The notes under the pieces were generated by a model that was given only the letters and a program-made list of their open reading frames with translations, did no database searches and had not been told where the DNA came from. From positions 1-37,876 of the IMG/VR virus record IMGVR_UViG_3300048850_000149: DNA of 37,876 nucleotides; one strand, written 5' to 3'. Position numbers and translations under genes: made by a program. This DNA comes from a virus (Duplodnaviria; Caudoviricetes). Every line of letters starts with the position of its first letter. Position 1 is the first letter of the stretch. Shown piece by piece: positions 36,903-37,876 of this stretch.

Positions 36903-37876
36903 AGGCGCTCCGCCAGGCGATCGAGGACGAGGCGCATTATGGCGTGCTTGGCCCTGTCACCTGGCAGGCAGCGGTCGTGGCTTGGAACGAGACGATCGAC
37001 CGCCAGCTCAGCGAAAAGACCGTCACCCGCTACATCGTCAGCCTCAACCAGGTGCGGACCTTCCTGGACGACAAGCAGCTGCACGAGATCACCGTCGCCA
37101 TGCTGCGCGACCTGGTGCGCGGCCGCCAGCGCCAGGGTGTCTCCAATGCGACGATCCGCCGCGATCTGACGGCGATTTCCAGCGTGCTGGACCATGCGGT
37201 CCACGAAGGCTGGATCGACGAAAACGCCGCGGCCGCCTTCAACCGCAAGCGCCTCCCGGAACGCCGCGACCCCATCGTACTGCCTACAGCGGAGGCGATC
37301 GCCTACACCCTCGGCCGGCAGCAGACGCGCTTCGGCGACCTGATGCTCTTCGCGCGGGAGACAGGCATGCGCGAGGAAGAGATCGCCAGCCTGGAGCACA
37401 GCTCGGTCGATCTGAAGAACCGCCAAGTCACCTTCGTCGGCAAGCGCAACCGCCTGCGCTCGGTCCCGCTGACCGCGCGCGCGGCCGAGATCGTCGCGCG
37501 CCAGCCGCGATTCCTAAAATGCCCGTTCGTGTTCTGGCACCTGGAGGAAGATGCCGAGGGCAAGCAGGTCGCCGCACGCTATCGCAACGTCGCCTCCAAC
37601 TTCGCTGACTATACCGAGCGCGCCGCGCGCCGGGCGGAAAAGGCCGGCGTCGAATACCGGCGCTTCCGCTTCCACGATCTGCGCCATCTGTTCGCGGTCG
37701 AGTATCTCCGCGAGGGCCGCGGCGGCATCTACGACCTGCAACGGATCCTCGGCCACACCAGCGTCAAGACGACCGAGCTGTACCTCGACTTCCTCACGCC
37801 CGAGCAAGCCGCCCAGGCGCGCGTGGGGGTGGCACAAAAGGGGGCACACAACCGCCGGTCTGGCACACGGGATTAG
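36785..37876 (+). CDS. int: Tyrosine integrase
   Basis: TGMR, HDLRH, LGH and catalytic Y in TTELY. Confidence 0.95.
   Translation: MSSNIYERQGILWARFKVAGVEYRRSLRTRSKTVAEKRLKALRQAIEDEAHYGVLGPVTWQAAVVAWNETIDRQLSEKTVTRYIVSLNQVRTFLDDKQLHEITVAMLRDLVRGRQRQGVSNATIRRDLTAISSVLDHAVHEGWIDENAAAAFNRKRLPERRDPIVLPTAEAIAYTLGRQQTRFGDLMLFARETGMREEEIASLEHSSVDLKNRQVTFVGKRNRLRSVPLTARAAEIVARQPRFLKCPFVFWHLEEDAEGKQVAARYRNVASNFADYTERAARRAEKAGVEYRRFRFHDLRHLFAVEYLREGRGGIYDLQRILGHTSVKTTELYLDFLTPEQAAQARVGVAQKGAHNRRSGTRD

Larger units (their letters stand above)
1..37876. mobile_element. P2-like temperate prophage (contractile tail), boundaries probably slightly beyond the window
   Basis: P2-type Q-P-O-N-M-L-X-lysis-R-S-J-I-H-V-W-FI-FII-E-T-U-D set, plus ogr, repressor, xis and int. 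Confidence 0.96.

Noticed and set aside
37820-37876. attL/attR core or tRNA target
   Set aside because: The window ends at the int stop codon, and no matching repeat or tRNA is visible at either end.

Overview
The window is a nearly complete, apparently intact temperate P2-like (Peduoviridae-type) prophage of about 38 kb. The host is probably a GC-rich alphaproteobacterium, likely Sphingomonadaceae, inferred from the GTTC-N7-GTTC LexA box, the GapR homologue and the repressor/Cro types. Left to right it carries: small accessory genes including a LexA-boxed YozE-like/HTH operon; a Dam-type MTase; portal and terminase on the minus strand; head genes; holin, endolysin and spanins; tail completion genes; a lower-GC OLD-family ATPase-TOPRIM moron; baseplate J/I, a tail fibre and an SGNH-esterase spike; V/W, sheath, tube, E/E' (slippery site), tape measure, U and D; a lower-GC NDT/TIR-fold moron behind a lambda-like CI repressor; Cro-, CII- and Ogr-like regulators; a primase-helicase; GapR; a coupled DNA-modification cluster; then xis and int. 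The most notable observations are the modification cluster (C5 MTase, TGT/DpdA-like protein, HNH-MT-A70 fusion), the SOS-box operon, two candidate defence morons, a WYL-like insertion in gpS, and three copies of a 29-bp palindrome at late promoters. No att or cos site was identified. All calls rest on motif recognition and synteny, with no database searches.
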